From a virus, in IMG/VR virus record IMGVR_UViG_3300045988_014780, positions 1 to 43,322 of that record: DNA of 43,322 bases. The stretch is one strand, 5' to 3'. The first letter of the stretch is position 1. Every line of letters begins with the position of its first letter. The position numbers and the translations under genes are program-made. Positions 17,291 through 27,308 of the stretch are shown here, piece after piece. The notes under the pieces are model-generated. The model was not told the origin of the DNA and did not search any database. It saw only the letters and a program-made list of their open reading frames with translations.

Positions 17291-17827
17291 GTGAGCACTT
17301 TGGCAGATTTGGAGTTTAACACCACAGAAGGGCGCACGATTGCCCGTGAATTGCTGATTGCATATCTGAATACTGGCACGCCCGAGGAACCTGTATGGTC
17401 CGCCATTGGAAAGCGCGTTGAGGAGTCCGACGAGGAAATGGACTGGTCCGAGGAGTCTATCAAGGACATTTTTGGGAACACCTGGACCACACTCACAAAA
17501 CCAGTCATCACCCAGAGCTTCGATCCTGTTCCTCTGGATGCAGGGGACGTAGCGGCGGTGAAACTGTGGAATTTGGCAATCAAGGACCAGGACGCACAGG
17601 CTCTGGCAAATCAAGATATGCTGATCGGCCACTACTACGCAACATCTGGCGAGTCCAATTTTGCGGAGCGGTACAGCGGCGCATCCGTGTCTGTAACCAG
17701 AATTGGTGGCGCCGGCGGCGGAAACCTGGAAATTTCCTGCGACATTACATACGGCGGCACCAGAACGCTTGGGACCATCACCAATACCACAGGGACTGTA
17801 ACCTTTAAAGCAGACGGAGCGGCCTAA
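17291..17827 (+). CDS. Major tail protein
   Basis: 178 aa. GTG lies after AAAGGAG. Sits before the chaperone pair and tape measure, and is followed by a strong hairpin. Confidence 0.7.
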   Translation: MSTLADLEFNTTEGRTIARELLIAYLNTGTPEEPVWSAIGKRVEESDEEMDWSEESIKDIFGNTWTTLTKPVITQSFDPVPLDAGDVAAVKLWNLAIKDQDAQALANQDMLIGHYYATSGESNFAERYSGASVSVTRIGGAGGGNLEISCDITYGGTRTLGTITNTTGTVTFKADGAA

Positions 17828-17837
17828 AGACAAAGAA

Positions 17838-17876
17838 GGGCACAGTACAAAGGAATAGTGCTGTGCCCCCTTTTGG
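17838..17876 (+). terminator. Hairpin/terminator after the major tail gene (probably leaky)
   Basis: GGGCACAG ... CTGTGCCC stem followed by CCTTTTGG. Confidence 0.55.
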
Positions 17877-17883
17877 AGGAATT

Positions 17884-18303
17884 ATGCAGAAGATCACATT
17901 TGATACCGGCATTAAAACATACCAGATCAATGACAGCGGCGTTTTACGGTTTAATCCGTCTGACCCAAATCTGTACAAGCGGTTCAAGGACCTGCGTGTG
18001 GAAATTGAGCAAATCCAAAAGGATTATAGCGAACGTTCAAAATCCGCAGAGACCGGAGAGGATGCCATTGATCTGCTGGCCGAGTATGACGCCCGAGTAA
18101 AAAAGTCTCTCTCCCATGTGTTCGGCGAGGAAAACGACTTTGACAGCATCTTAAGCGGCGCAAATGTAATGGCTGTTGCCAGTAACGGGGAGTTGGTCAT
18201 TACCAATTTCTTGGATGCCATGGTCCCCGTCGTTGAAGACGGCGTTAAGACCTATGCAAAGATGGAGGCTCAGAAAGCCGTGCAGGAGGCAAAGAATAAA
18301 TGA
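17884..18303 (+). CDS. Tail assembly chaperone (putative)
   Basis: ATG 17884 lies after GGAGGA; 139 aa. Sits between the major tail and tape measure genes. Confidence 0.55.
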   Translation: MQKITFDTGIKTYQINDSGVLRFNPSDPNLYKRFKDLRVEIEQIQKDYSERSKSAETGEDAIDLLAEYDARVKKSLSHVFGEENDFDSILSGANVMAVASNGELVITNFLDAMVPVVEDGVKTYAKMEAQKAVQEAKNK

Positions 18304-18848
18304 GATGGACGCTCCCGGTTAATCTTGAAGTTGGCGGAAAAGAATATGCAATCAATGCCGATTACCGGGACATCCTGAACATTATTTCTAGGCTCAACGG
18401 CAACGAAAACGAGCTTGTAAAGGTCTATGTGTGCTTGGCCCTGTTCTACCCCCAATTTGAAGAAATGCCGGAAAGCGATTATCAAGAAGCGATTGAAAAG
18501 CTGCTTTGGTTTATCGCCTGCGGAGAAGAACAGGAGGATAAAAAACGGCCAAAACTGATCGACTGGGAGCAGGACTACCAAATGATCGCCGCCGACATTA
18601 TCAAGGTGGCCGGGCATGATGTCAGATCGGACTCTTTCTGTCATTGGTGGACCTTTGTTTCTTACTTTATGGGCATTGGGGAAGGGCAGCTTTCCGCCGT
18701 TGTTTCCATCCGTGACAAGCTCCGGAAACACAAAAAACTCGAAAAGTGGGAAAAGGAATTTTACAACCAGAACCGTTCAAAAGTTGATCTAAAGCGGCAT
18801 TACACGGAAGAAGAGGACGAACTTCTGAAAAAACTGCTAGGGAGGTGA
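18300..18848 (+). CDS. Bacteriophage Gp15-family protein (tail assembly)
   Basis: 182 aa. LEVGGKEYAINADYRDILNIISRLN... resembles the Phage_Gp15 family. ATGA overlap with the previous gene. Confidence 0.55.
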   Translation: MRWTLPVNLEVGGKEYAINADYRDILNIISRLNGNENELVKVYVCLALFYPQFEEMPESDYQEAIEKLLWFIACGEEQEDKKRPKLIDWEQDYQMIAADIIKVAGHDVRSDSFCHWWTFVSYFMGIGEGQLSAVVSIRDKLRKHKKLEKWEKEFYNQNRSKVDLKRHYTEEEDELLKKLLGR

Positions 18849-18852
18849 GAAC

Positions 18853-21282
18853 ATGGCGGCAGCAGATGGCTCTATTATCATTGATGTTCGAGCAAACACA
18901 CAACAGGCGACAAGTGCGTTGACAAAGCTGGCAAAGTTGGCTGCAACGGCCTTTGCTGTTGATAAAATTATCGACTTTTCCAAACAGGCTATCCAGCTTG
19001 GAAGCGATGTTGCGGAAGTCCAGAACGTTGTCGACGTGGCCTTTGGCGATATGTCCAGCGCTGTTGACGAGTTTGCCCAAAACGCCATCACCAACTTCGG
19101 TATGAGCGAGCTTGCGGCCAAGCGGACGGCCTCTACATATATGGCAATGGCAAGCAATATGGGCTTGTCGCAAGCAGAGGCGGCAGAGATGTCCTTGACA
19201 CTCACCGGCCTTACAGGTGATGTGGCGTCTTTTTATAACATCTCTCAGGAGCTGGCGGACATTAAGCTGAAATCCGTCTTTACAGGTGAAACGGAAACAT
19301 TAAAAGACCTGGGCATCGTTATGACCCAGGCCAACCTAGAAGCGTTTGCGCTGTCTCAGGGCATCACCAAAAGTATTTCTGCTATGTCTCAGGCGGAGCT
19401 GGTGACTCTGCGCTATAACTTCGTTCTGGATCAGCTGTCTTTGGCCTCTGGCGACTTTATCCGGACGCAAGACAGCTGGGCAAATCAGACACGCATTCTC
19501 TCTATGCAATGGCAGCAGTTCATGTCTATTATTGGCGAGGCGCTAATTCAGGTGCTTTTGCCAGTGGTGCAGACTCTGAACCGGATTGTGTCCGCGCTAA
19601 TCGACATGGCGAACGCTTTTAATGCAGCCATCACGGCTATTTTTGGCGGCGCCAATACGGAAATCACGCAGACGCAAGATAATGTGGGTGGCGTATCTTC
19701 TGGAATTGGAGATGCTGTTGACAACCAGAACGCTTTGACCGATGCCACAAAAGAGACTAACAAGGAGCAGAAAAAGAGCATTGCTTCGTTTGATGAAATC
19801 AACAAACTGACCGGAAATTCTGCAAGCGGCTCCGGCGGTGGAACGGGAGGAGCAGCTGGCGGCGGACTTTCCAAAATTGAGACCATTACCTCTGATGACA
19901 TCGTGGAGAGCGCGGCGGAGAGTAAAATCCTAAAGCTGATAGACCGCCTTAAAGACGCATTTAGCCCCCTGGAAGACTCCTTCAAAAAATCGTTTGCCTA
20001 TGTTTCTGAGGGAGTAGAAAAGCTGGCTGACGTTTTCCGCGATATGTGGAATGACATCAAGTCTCTTGGACCGCCTCTATATGATTGGTTCAACAATGAG
20101 TTTATGGACTTCTTGAACCAGTTTATTCTTACGGCTGGGAATGTTGTCGGAGGGCTTCTGGACTCTGCAGCAATGGTGCTTTCCGACATTTGGAACATCG
20201 TAATTTTCCCCACGCTGACAAAGTGGGCTGTTGATATTCTTCCTCTGCTGACTAACATTGCAACGCAGGTTTTGAGTGTGGGAGATGTGCTTTTTGAAAG
20301 TGTCAAGGCCGTGTTTGACATGATTTGGCAAGATGTGATTGCCCCGGCCATGCAGATCATTCAAGATATTTGGAGTGACTGCTGGGACAGCATTATCGAC
20401 TTTTGGAATACGTGGGGCGCACCCATTTTCGACCAGATCAAGGCCGCAATTAGTAACACAACGTCTGTTTTTGTGAATATCTGGAACACGATCTTGAAGC
20501 CGGTTTTGACTACTCTGGGCAATACCTTTACAGAGCTTTGGACTTTGCATTTGAAGCCGTTACTTGACAACTTCCTAAACTTTGTAGGGACGTTGATTGA
20601 AGGGGCGCTTCGTATCTATAACGAGTTTATCTTACCCTTAGTTGATTGGTTTGTGAACACCTTTGGACCTCCAATTTCTGAGGCGTTTCAGGCCGTTATT
20701 GATATTTTTGGACGAGTCGTTGGAGCGATCGCGGACGGTGTAAGCCAAATCCTGGAATGGCTGACAAGCGTTATTGGATTTGTCGTTAATGTTTTTACAA
20801 TCGACTGGAATGAAGCATGGGACGGTATTTCAGAGGCGTTTTCTAATATTTGGGACGGATTTGTGCAGACAATCAAGGACGCGCTCAATATTGGAATTTC
20901 CCTTGTGAACAAGTTTATTGACTGGATTAACGAGCATCTGGTTATTAGGATTCCGAAAGTCACGATTCCTTTCCTGGGAACGTTTGGCGGTCAGGAAATC
21001 CGCCCCTTTACAATCCCGAATATACCGTATCTTGCGCAAGGAGCAGTTATTCCGCCTAACCGGGAGTTCTTGGCGGTGCTGGGAGATCAGAAGCAGGGGA
21101 CGAACATTGAGGCACCGCTGTCCACGATTGAAAAAGCTTTAGAAAATGTGATGAATCGACGAGGGTATGGCGGCCAGCAAACAGTGATCCTCCAGCTTGA
21201 CCGTGAGCAGCTTGGCAAAGTGGTCTATGAACTCAATAAAGCCGAGACACGGCGCATAGGGGTAAATCTGGCGGGGGTGTGA
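18853..21282 (+). CDS. Tail tape measure protein
   Basis: 809 aa. TP901-type core (AAKRTASTYMAMASNMGLS...LTGDVASFYN...VFTGETETLKDLGIVMT) and a Gly-rich stretch GSGGGTGGAAGGG. Long W/F-periodic helical C-terminal half. Confidence 0.9.
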   Translation: MAAADGSIIIDVRANTQQATSALTKLAKLAATAFAVDKIIDFSKQAIQLGSDVAEVQNVVDVAFGDMSSAVDEFAQNAITNFGMSELAAKRTASTYMAMASNMGLSQAEAAEMSLTLTGLTGDVASFYNISQELADIKLKSVFTGETETLKDLGIVMTQANLEAFALSQGITKSISAMSQAELVTLRYNFVLDQLSLASGDFIRTQDSWANQTRILSMQWQQFMSIIGEALIQVLLPVVQTLNRIVSALIDMANAFNAAITAIFGGANTEITQTQDNVGGVSSGIGDAVDNQNALTDATKETNKEQKKSIASFDEINKLTGNSASGSGGGTGGAAGGGLSKIETITSDDIVESAAESKILKLIDRLKDAFSPLEDSFKKSFAYVSEGVEKLADVFRDMWNDIKSLGPPLYDWFNNEFMDFLNQFILTAGNVVGGLLDSAAMVLSDIWNIVIFPTLTKWAVDILPLLTNIATQVLSVGDVLFESVKAVFDMIWQDVIAPAMQIIQDIWSDCWDSIIDFWNTWGAPIFDQIKAAISNTTSVFVNIWNTILKPVLTTLGNTFTELWTLHLKPLLDNFLNFVGTLIEGALRIYNEFILPLVDWFVNTFGPPISEAFQAVIDIFGRVVGAIADGVSQILEWLTSVIGFVVNVFTIDWNEAWDGISEAFSNIWDGFVQTIKDALNIGISLVNKFIDWINEHLVIRIPKVTIPFLGTFGGQEIRPFTIPNIPYLAQGAVIPPNREFLAVLGDQKQGTNIEAPLSTIEKALENVMNRRGYGGQQTVILQLDREQLGKVVYELNKAETRRIGVNLAGV

Positions 21283-21283
21283 C

Positions 21284-21682
21284 ATGAGCTACATCAAACT
21301 GAATGGAAAAGAGTTTGACGCGGATGTTGCCATTTCCGCATACAACCGAAATTTCAACGTTTTGGACGGAGAGAATGCGGGCCGTGTAATGACTGGCCGC
21401 ATGGTGCGGGACATCATCGGAACGTATATCGGCCACCAGCTGACAGTGTTTCGCCGGGGCGACAACTACCAGGGCCTTGACGAGTTCTGGGACTACTTGG
21501 TGGAACATTCTGTTGATGATTCTGTACAGTTGGAAGCTGCTGATGGGCAAACCACGATCTCGTATGAAGCCTATTACACCAGCGCCTCGCAGGACATGGA
21601 GAAGGTGGAAAACGGTATCAACTATTGGGGCGAAATCGAAGTCAGTTTTGTCCCTATGGAAGCGCAGGTGACGCCGTCTTGA
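21284..21682 (+). CDS. Tail protein downstream of the tape measure (distal-tail-like by position)
   Basis: 132 aa. Call is from synteny only. Confidence 0.35.
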   Translation: MSYIKLNGKEFDADVAISAYNRNFNVLDGENAGRVMTGRMVRDIIGTYIGHQLTVFRRGDNYQGLDEFWDYLVEHSVDDSVQLEAADGQTTISYEAYYTSASQDMEKVENGINYWGEIEVSFVPMEAQVTPS

Positions 21683-23139
21683 GTGTTACGACTGTACTTT
21701 ACAAGGACATAGCGCCGGGAGCGGACGAGGACGCTTCCGTCTCCACTTCGGAGGCGATGCCCTTTTCTGCGCCATCAAAACTCCCGTTCGGTATCACGCC
21801 GGAACCGACCATTACCTGTGAGCCGAACCACTGGGGATTGGCTGGGGACTATGTCACTGTGGACACACAGGAGGTTGCATTCTGGTCTGTGGAAACGAGC
21901 GGAGATGACTGTAATTTTACAAACAAACCAGTCATCACGCTTGAGATGGACCAGCAGTATTCCTCCGTCGGCATTACATTGGCGTTTGATACGGCATCCG
22001 GTGACTATTGCCCATCAGTCAATATCAAGTGGTACCAGGGGGAATCTCTCAAGGCGGACGTGAACTTCACGCCCAATGCAGCAACGTATTTCTGCAATCG
22101 GAAAGTGCAGAGCTATGACAAAGTGGTCATTACCCTGGGCAGCACGAATCTTCCCAACCGACGGGCGAAACTGGAACATATTATTTTCGGCGTCTACCGC
22201 TATTTCGGGATGTCTGAACTGCGGTCCGCTTCCATCATCAACGAAATGAGCCTGATTTCCACGGAAATGCCCATCTCTACAATGAACTGGACGTTAGACA
22301 GCCGGGAAGACGTGGACTTTATGTTCCAGCTGAAGCAGCCTGTAGAGGTCAGGAACGACGATAAACTGATCGGCGTGTACTACATCGACAGCCACACCAG
22401 ACAGGCGCAGAACCTGTACACAATCGACTGTCAAGACGCTTTTGGAGTGCTGGATGGCAGCCCCTTCCCTGGAGGCGTGTACAACGAAAAATCAGCGAAA
22501 TCTCTATTGGAAGAGATCGTGAATGGACAGTTTTTCGTCGAGTATGACTCGGACGTAGAGGACACGGCTTTGACAGGGGTTATTACATCCGGAACTATCC
22601 GGACGGCTATACAGCAGGTGTTATTTGCGTGGGGCGTGTGCGCGTCAACTGATGGGCGGGACGGCATCCGAGTATTTAATTTGCCGGGGACTCCTGACGC
22701 CATCACAGAGGATTACACGTTTACTGGAGTCACCGTGGACACCAGCGCGCTTGTGACAGAGGTTAGAGTGACCGCCCATGTATATACTCAGGCCGAGAAC
22801 GGAGGCGTGGAGATCAACGGTGTCAAATACGACGATGCCAAAACAGTTTACACCATTACTAATCCGGATGTAATTGCCACTGATAAGCAAAATGTTATTG
22901 AGGTCGCAGATGCCACTCTCGTTTCGCCGGATATCGGGCAAGCAACAGCACAGAGGGTCTATGACTACTATGCGAAACGGATTACCACCAATGCGAAGAT
23001 CGTTTGGACAGGAGAGCTATTAGGGGATTGCGTGACGCTTCCCACCGCATGGGGGGCCACGAATGCCGGGAATCTCCGCCGCATGGAAGTCAAGTTGTCA
23101 AATACCGTTGTGGCGACTGTGGCATCCCTTGGAGGCTAG
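21679..23139 (+). CDS. Tail / baseplate-hub-like protein, by position
   Basis: TTG 21679 overlaps the upstream TGA (listed ORF starts at 21625); about 486 aa. Confidence 0.45.
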   Translation: MSVTTVLYKDIAPGADEDASVSTSEAMPFSAPSKLPFGITPEPTITCEPNHWGLAGDYVTVDTQEVAFWSVETSGDDCNFTNKPVITLEMDQQYSSVGITLAFDTASGDYCPSVNIKWYQGESLKADVNFTPNAATYFCNRKVQSYDKVVITLGSTNLPNRRAKLEHIIFGVYRYFGMSELRSASIINEMSLISTEMPISTMNWTLDSREDVDFMFQLKQPVEVRNDDKLIGVYYIDSHTRQAQNLYTIDCQDAFGVLDGSPFPGGVYNEKSAKSLLEEIVNGQFFVEYDSDVEDTALTGVITSGTIRTAIQQVLFAWGVCASTDGRDGIRVFNLPGTPDAITEDYTFTGVTVDTSALVTEVRVTAHVYTQAENGGVEINGVKYDDAKTVYTITNPDVIATDKQNVIEVADATLVSPDIGQATAQRVYDYYAKRITTNAKIVWTGELLGDCVTLPTAWGATNAGNLRRMEVKLSNTVVATVASLGG

Positions 23140-23140
23140 T

Positions 23141-23644
23141 ATGAGTATTATCGACACGTTGATAACAGACCGAACACAATCCGACGTGACCCGCTGGCGC
23201 ACCCTGCATGATAGGGGCTGGGGCGGAATGACAGAGGGCGAAAAAGCGGAATGGTCTGCCGGAGTGAAAGGAGCTTACAACGCAACGGACCTGAATAGAG
23301 TTGGAGAAGCGATTGAATATATCGCTGATTTGTTCGGCGGGTTTGGCTTTCCTATGGCGATTACTCCTAAGACTGACTGGGCCATCAAGGATATTCCGAC
23401 TAGCCAGGATTTAGAGGACTATCTTTCCAACGTGGCGGCAATGCGCTTCATGATGTCCAATATTCCCGTTTATCCCTCCGATTGGCAGGCTCCGCCGGAA
23501 ACCCCTGAAACCATGCAACATCTCACCTATGAGCAGGCAAATGACATCGAGCGGATATTGACCGATATCAACGATTTGCTGGTATGGGTCAGCAACAATC
23601 TTCTGTGGTTGTTCGCTGGTGACGTTTACGCTGGCGAATGGTAA
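23141..23644 (+). CDS. Tail-fibre-associated protein
   Basis: ATG 23141 lies after GGAGG; 167 aa. TDRTQSDV.RW..L...GW..MT..EK.EW...KGAYNATDLNRV pattern is seen upstream of fibres in Clostridia phages. Confidence 0.4.
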   Translation: MSIIDTLITDRTQSDVTRWRTLHDRGWGGMTEGEKAEWSAGVKGAYNATDLNRVGEAIEYIADLFGGFGFPMAITPKTDWAIKDIPTSQDLEDYLSNVAAMRFMMSNIPVYPSDWQAPPETPETMQHLTYEQANDIERILTDINDLLVWVSNNLLWLFAGDVYAGEW

Positions 23645-23653
23645 GGAGGCAAC

Positions 23654-23914
23654 ATGCAAGACAGAATCCCTACTTATCCGGGGCGGGTTAAACTTACTCC
23701 TGTCTCCGGTCAAGAGAATACATACGACCTTGTAAGGGCAGACGAGCCGTCACAGGTTGGAACGCCCCTCAGCACGGCTACGCTGTTTAAGCCGGAGACG
23801 GAAGCAGTATTTTTTGGGAACACGGCAAACCGCACTGTTAACGACGCCTTATATCTGATCGGAACCACCTTTACGGCGGCTGAAATCCAAGTAACCTACA
23901 ACGGAGGTGCTTAA
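23654..23914 (+). CDS. Tail-fibre-associated small protein
   Basis: 86 aa. RIPTYPGRVKLTPVSG...Y.L.RADEP...GTPL motif. Confidence 0.4.
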   Translation: MQDRIPTYPGRVKLTPVSGQENTYDLVRADEPSQVGTPLSTATLFKPETEAVFFGNTANRTVNDALYLIGTTFTAAEIQVTYNGGA

Positions 23915-25762
23915 ATGACACAGCAGTTAGGACAGGTGGCCGTCGGCACACTGGTAAAGCTCAATGAGAATGGTTCCCCGGTGGAATTCTATGTGGCGAA
24001 GCATGATTACGAGAGCGGTTTAAACGGCACCGGGCGGACGCTGTTAGTGCGGAAGGAATGCTATGATAATCGGGTGTGGAATAACGTTCAGGTAAATACA
24101 TACGCCTCTAGCGCACTTGATAGCTGGCTCAACAGCGATTACAAGAATCTTCTGGACTCTGATTTTCTGACGGTAATTGGGACCACAAAATTTCAATATA
24201 CCATTGGTTACGGAGATAAAACATTAAGCACATTAGAACGAGCGATTTTTCAACTTTCCAGAACAGAGCTTGGATTTACGCTCCCGGCTGATGCAAATTT
24301 TGAGGGAAATATTCTTCCTATCGCATCGATTTTGCAAAAAGCTTTTTTGAACGGGGAAACGAATTCGCAATGGACTCGAACACCAAATACATCTTATCTC
24401 ACAGCTGCCTTTTTTGTATATGCAGGTGGAAATTCTGCTTCGACTGGCGTTACTGGAGAAGCTGGCAGCCGCCCCGCTTTTACCGTCCCTTCCACATTGA
24501 GCGTAATTGACGATGGAACACTCTCTCTGGCGTCTGCTCCTCCACATGCGATAACTGTCCCTGTTCAAGCTATGCAGGGCAACCAGCTTGCAGTCTCCTG
24601 GCCTGCTGTGGACGGCGCTGACGGCTACATTCTGGAGCGCAAAGCAAACACGGATGCTGACTGGGTGCAGGTGTATTCTGGAGCTGATTTGACTTTTTCT
24701 GAAACTGCCGGGACCTGGGAATCGGTTCAGTATCGGGTAAAGTCTGGCGCCAATGGAAAATATGGCGAATATACAATCAGTTCCCTTGTTGATGTAGTTC
24801 CTGTCTCCATTCTGGTAATTTCCGGGTCCGACGGCAGCTTGGGCACTCTCACAAATGATGTGCAGTATGTGGTGTCCTCCAGCGGAACCAGTGCTTTGAC
24901 GGTTACGGAATCTGCTGGACGAACTACCCGAACGTTCACGGCCACCAACGGCGCCACAATCAGAATTCCCGTGATTGAGCTGCCCACGGGCACGGGCACT
25001 ATCAAGATCACGGCATCCACCAATCCCGGCAGCGGTGTGGTGACGGTGACGCGCAACTGGACGTACACCAAGACGGCGCCGACGTTTGCGAATGCGGGGA
25101 GCACGGCGCAGCTGCAACAGAATGGGAAGAACATTTTCCCGCTGACGCTGTTGGAGTGTGTACGCGGGGCAGAAAGTCTGGAGCCCAGCAGGTTTGGGCT
25201 TGGAAGCCCAAATCCGCGTAACATTGATGATGCAAATAATGCGACGGAATCCGGATGGTATTATCTTGATTCTGGTACACTCAATAGCCCGGAGAACGCA
25301 GAAGCTAGCAATGTGATGTTAGTGCTTGCTCGGAACAGTAATCCCCAAACAGTCCAAGTGCTATTTAATGTAACGGAGCTAGCATTTGAACTTCGGCGCG
25401 TTTGTACAAACGGGACATGGAGCCCTTGGGAGTGGATCAATCCCCCCACTCTGTTGGGCGTCGAGTACCGCACCGTGGAGCGGTACAACGGCAAGCCTGT
25501 GTATGCCAAAGCGGTGAGTCTCGGTCTGATAGAAAATCATACTTCTAAAAGTGTGGAGCATGGTATATCTAATTTTGAGTCATGCGTTGAATGCAGCGGA
25601 TTTAGTGGCCCTATAAATCTTGTCGGGAGCGGTGGTGTTGATTCAATATATGCAACAACTTCTCGTGTTGGGATTGATACAAATGGAAGTTTTAGTAGTG
25701 CAGCAACATCATCTAAATTAAATACTGTTGCGATTATCAAGTACACCAAAACCACAGATTAA
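23915..25762 (+). CDS. Tail fibre / receptor-binding protein with FN3-like domain
   Basis: 615 aa. N-terminal DUF6273-like segment (...SALDSWLNSDY...IFQLSRTELGF...QWTRTP). FN3-like LAVSWPAVDGADGYILERKANTDADWVQVY. AT-rich C-terminal tip. Confidence 0.65.
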   Translation: MTQQLGQVAVGTLVKLNENGSPVEFYVAKHDYESGLNGTGRTLLVRKECYDNRVWNNVQVNTYASSALDSWLNSDYKNLLDSDFLTVIGTTKFQYTIGYGDKTLSTLERAIFQLSRTELGFTLPADANFEGNILPIASILQKAFLNGETNSQWTRTPNTSYLTAAFFVYAGGNSASTGVTGEAGSRPAFTVPSTLSVIDDGTLSLASAPPHAITVPVQAMQGNQLAVSWPAVDGADGYILERKANTDADWVQVYSGADLTFSETAGTWESVQYRVKSGANGKYGEYTISSLVDVVPVSILVISGSDGSLGTLTNDVQYVVSSSGTSALTVTESAGRTTRTFTATNGATIRIPVIELPTGTGTIKITASTNPGSGVVTVTRNWTYTKTAPTFANAGSTAQLQQNGKNIFPLTLLECVRGAESLEPSRFGLGSPNPRNIDDANNATESGWYYLDSGTLNSPENAEASNVMLVLARNSNPQTVQVLFNVTELAFELRRVCTNGTWSPWEWINPPTLLGVEYRTVERYNGKPVYAKAVSLGLIENHTSKSVEHGISNFESCVECSGFSGPINLVGSGGVDSIYATTSRVGIDTNGSFSSAATSSKLNTVAIIKYTKTTD

Positions 25763-25771
25763 GGAGGCACC

Positions 25772-26041
25772 ATGAAGATCATCAAATACCAGCTGGCGAC
25801 AGAAGTCAACCACGGCACCCCCGAGGAACCGGACATCGAGACGGTGCTCTCCGGTGTTACGATGCCCTACACAGATGCAAATTACGCCATCGCCCAGGCG
25901 GAGGCGTATCAAGGGCAGATTACCGTGGAGGACGATGGGCAGCCGGAGCCGGAACCGGGAGCCGAGGACATTACCCTTGATATGCTGGCAGACCATGAGG
26001 AACGCCTGTGTATGCTGGAACTCACCACAACCACTGTATGA
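25772..26041 (+). CDS. Hypothetical acidic protein
   Basis: 89-aa ORF after GGAGG. Confidence 0.5.
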   Translation: MKIIKYQLATEVNHGTPEEPDIETVLSGVTMPYTDANYAIAQAEAYQGQITVEDDGQPEPEPGAEDITLDMLADHEERLCMLELTTTTV

Positions 26042-26059
26042 CAAGAAAGGAGCAGGACC

Positions 26060-26215
26060 ATGACAACTGTATACAATCTTTGCAAACTGCTGATTGACCG
26101 GGGGCGGACCGAGGGCCTCCTGGAAAAGATGGACGTGTATCTTGCCGCCGACAGGCTGACCCCGGAGGAATACAGCACCCTCAGCAAGATGATGACTGCG
26201 GAGGCGGCAGAGTAA
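26060..26215 (+). CDS. XkdX-like small protein (51 aa, below the ORF-track cut-off)
   Basis: My own translation: MTTVYNLCKLLIDRGRTEGLLEKMDVYLAADRLTPEEYSTLSKMMTAEAAE. The ...LTPEEY..L pattern and the position before the lysis genes fit XkdX. Confidence 0.4.
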   Translation: MTTVYNLCKLLIDRGRTEGLLEKMDVYLAADRLTPEEYSTLSKMMTAEAAE

Positions 26216-26225
26216 GGAGGTCCTA

Positions 26226-26555
26226 ATGGCTGACGAGAAGTGTATTCTGGACCCGCAGAGGGACTGTCTGGGACTCCAGAAAGCCAACATGCTGGAAAAG
26301 CAGATGTCGGAATGGCGGGGGGCATCCCGCAGCACTCACAAAGAACTCTTTGACCGGATGCGGGAACTGGAAAAGGCGGAGGCCGCCCGGAATGAGCAGT
26401 ACGACAACATCATGGAGAAACTGGACAGGCTGATCGCATGGCAAGAGGCCGAGCAGGCCAAGCCGAAAAAGCGGTGGGAAGCTATCGTGGACAAGTCCGT
26501 GTGGGCGGTTCTGGCGGCGGTAATTGCCTTTGTCCTGGCTCGTATTGGATTATAA
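26226..26555 (+). CDS. XhlA-like membrane protein (coiled coil plus C-terminal TM)
   Basis: 109 aa. C-terminal TM WAVLAAVIAFVLARIGL. Sits upstream of the holin and endolysin. Confidence 0.45.
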   Translation: MADEKCILDPQRDCLGLQKANMLEKQMSEWRGASRSTHKELFDRMRELEKAEAARNEQYDNIMEKLDRLIAWQEAEQAKPKKRWEAIVDKSVWAVLAAVIAFVLARIGL

Positions 26556-26700
26556 GGAAGCGACGCCCCCGAAGGAGCGCCGCAGTGTGCCCCGATATGG
26601 AAAAAAGCAAAACCACATCAATAAGGAGGAGGGGCACACTTGCATCTTACATCATTAGAAACCGGCGGTCAAGCCGGATATTTGAAAGGAGCTACCAATC

Positions 26701-27018
26701 ATGAACAAGACCATCAACAACATCATCGATGACTTCAAGAGCGGCAAGATCACTGCGGAGGAGGCAAATAAGCTTCTGGACGAGGTCAACGCCGGATTCT
26801 CCCTCAATCCTGAAAAGAACCCTAGTGGTGGATGGACTGAGGCAGAGATGGCGGAGGGCTTCCGTCCTGGTGAGGCAAAGGATCCTCTGCCGGACAAGGT
26901 GGATATGAGCCGAAATCATGCGCTTGCCGGACAAGTGGTTCGCCAGAATACCAAGCGCGGAAAGTTTGATGTGACCTATGACGCGGACGGCTATGCTGTC
27001 AAGGCTATTCGAGTGTAA
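26701..27018 (+). CDS. Hypothetical protein inside the lysis cassette
   Basis: 105 aa. RBS AAAGGAG precedes ATG 26701. Confidence 0.5.
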   Translation: MNKTINNIIDDFKSGKITAEEANKLLDEVNAGFSLNPEKNPSGGWTEAEMAEGFRPGEAKDPLPDKVDMSRNHALAGQVVRQNTKRGKFDVTYDADGYAVKAIRV

Positions 27019-27032
27019 TCGGGAGGTCTGAT

Positions 27033-27308
27033 ATGGACATTTCCTCTCTTGGCATTACCGGCGTGGCGGCTATCACTGTTATCTGCCTGCTGGCCGGGCA
27101 GGTCGTCAAGGCGTCCGGCCTGGACAACAAGTTTATTCCTATCATCTGCGGCGTCTGCGGCGCTGTGCTGGGCATTGTCGGCATGTTCATCGTGCCTGAC
27201 TTTCCGGCCACGGACTACATCACCGCGGCGGCTGTGGGCATTGTGAGCGGTCTGGCTGCAACCGGAGCAAACCAGGTAATCAAGCAGCTGGGAAGTGACA
27301 GTAAATGA
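27033..27308 (+). CDS. Holin
   Basis: 91 aa with three hydrophobic segments. Immediately upstream of, and overlapping, the endolysin gene. Confidence 0.75.
   Translation: MDISSLGITGVAAITVICLLAGQVVKASGLDNKFIPIICGVCGAVLGIVGMFIVPDFPATDYITAAAVGIVSGLAATGANQVIKQLGSDSK

Noticed and set aside
17884-18848. Programmed -1 frameshift between the two tail-chaperone genes (G/GT type)
   Set aside because: The two ORFs are joined by a simple ATGA stop/start overlap, and the second has its own full-length frame. I saw no slippery heptamer near the junction.
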